Origin: Candidatus Vampirococcus lugosii
Lineage (GTDB): Bacteria > Patescibacteriota > Gracilibacteria > Absconditabacterales > Absconditicoccaceae
NCBI RefSeq assembly: GCF_018420025.1
Contig: NZ_JAEDAM010000074.1
Coordinates: 1-6,230, forward strand
Direction of reading: 5' to 3'
Length of the DNA: 6,230 bases
The translations under genes were made by a program, and so were the position numbers. Shown here piece after piece: positions 5,881 through 6,230 of the stretch (position 1 is its first letter; every line of letters starts with the position of its first letter). The notes beneath the pieces were generated by a model. The model was not told where the DNA came from, searched no databases, and saw only the letters and a list, made by a program, of their open reading frames with translations.

Positions 5881-5969
5881 CATCAATCATTAAATTTTAT
5901 AAAATGATTTCAATCCATTTTTGAATAATTCTTTTTCTCACATATACAAATAATTTATCATTGATAATA

Positions 5970-6230
5970 TTAATGATTTCCCAAATCTTCTCAGATCATT
6001 TTTTTCCCGCCCGGGCGGGAAAAATCAACTACTCCTAATTTATATAAACTATTATTTGAAATAATAAATCTATTTTTCCAATTTATTTTATACAAAAAAA
6101 GATATTGTCTAATAATATCTCTAGTTTGGGATGACAAAGATTTCCAAGTAGTTTTATTTGAACTAATTCTATAATAATAATAAAATCAAAATTGTAATTT
6201 ACGAAGTTTTTTAATCTTTTTTTTCAAATT
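5970..6230 (-). CDS. hypothetical protein, 5'-truncated at window edge (C-terminal 86 aa)
   Basis: The minus-strand frame starting at 6230 is open for 86 codons (2 TGA as Gly) up to TAA at 5972-5970. That is unlikely by chance at this AT content. Translation: NLKKKIKKLRKLQFGFYYYYRISSNKTTWKSLSSQTRDIIRQYLFLYKINWKNRFIISNNSLYKLGVVDFSRPGGKKMIGEDLGNH*. I do not recognise the family. Confidence 0.6.
6001..6024. repeat. 24-nt perfect palindrome TTTTTCCCGCCCGGGCGGGAAAAA with a 14-nt all-G/C core
   Basis: The core cccgcccgggcggg (6006-6019) is its own reverse complement. It is flanked by a T-run (5999-6005) and an A-run (6020-6024). It lies inside the minus-strand CDS, encoding S-R-P-G-G with the codons tcc cgc ccg ggc ggg. 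Confidence 0.95.

Noticed and set aside
5832-5918. A 28-codon minus-strand ORF (MDGNHFIKFNDGGVDYIFDFDKWSLSKK*) in the convergent spacer.
   Set aside because: It is too short, overlaps the inverted repeat, and has no start context or recognisable features. It is most likely a chance ORF.
5999-6024. The GC-rich palindrome as a Rho-independent (bidirectional) terminator for the convergent gene pair.
   Set aside because: On both strands the T-run precedes the hairpin and the A-run follows it, the opposite of a terminator. It also lies inside the minus-strand CDS, about 30 nt upstream of that gene's stop codon.
1-6230. The many in-frame TGA codons could mean a stretch of decayed pseudogenes, or Mycoplasma-type code 4 (TGA=Trp).
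   Set aside because: No gene carries in-frame TAA or TAG, and no frameshifts were needed, so decay is unlikely. TGA falls on invariant Gly positions (HGHxDHIG, HASGH, LEIGT.GYS). It would create a poly-Trp tract in the pilin gene under code 4. Trp already has TGG throughout.

Overview
This is a very AT-rich (by eye well under 30% GC), gene-dense bacterial window. It only makes sense if TGA is translated as glycine (NCBI translation table 25, used by Absconditabacteria/SR1 and Gracilibacteria of the candidate phyla radiation). All translations here were done by hand; no database search was possible. Under table 25 the five fragmentary track ORFs resolve into eight coding regions. (1) A 5'-truncated hypothetical CDS (2..430 +). 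(2) A doubtful small ORF (479..718 -). (3) A TrbC/VirB2-like, CPR 'T4SS pilin'-type protein with a signal peptide (896..1354 +), whose mature N-terminus is a Gly/Asp/Thr tandem repeat written almost entirely in TGA codons. (4) A 131-aa hypothetical protein (1383..1778 +). (5) A family-3 SAM-dependent O-methyltransferase (1796..2326 -). (6) A full-length RNase J (2359..4224 +) with a clean intrinsic terminator, followed by about 355 bp of non-coding DNA. (7) A 389-aa TehA/SLAC1-like polytopic membrane protein (4643..5812 +). (8) The 3' end of a convergent hypothetical CDS (5970..6230 -), which carries an out-of-place 14-nt all-GC palindrome. I counted roughly 85 in-frame TGA codons by hand. TGG still encodes Trp, and only TAA/TAG terminate. 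I saw no rRNA, tRNA, CRISPR array or recognisable mobile element.
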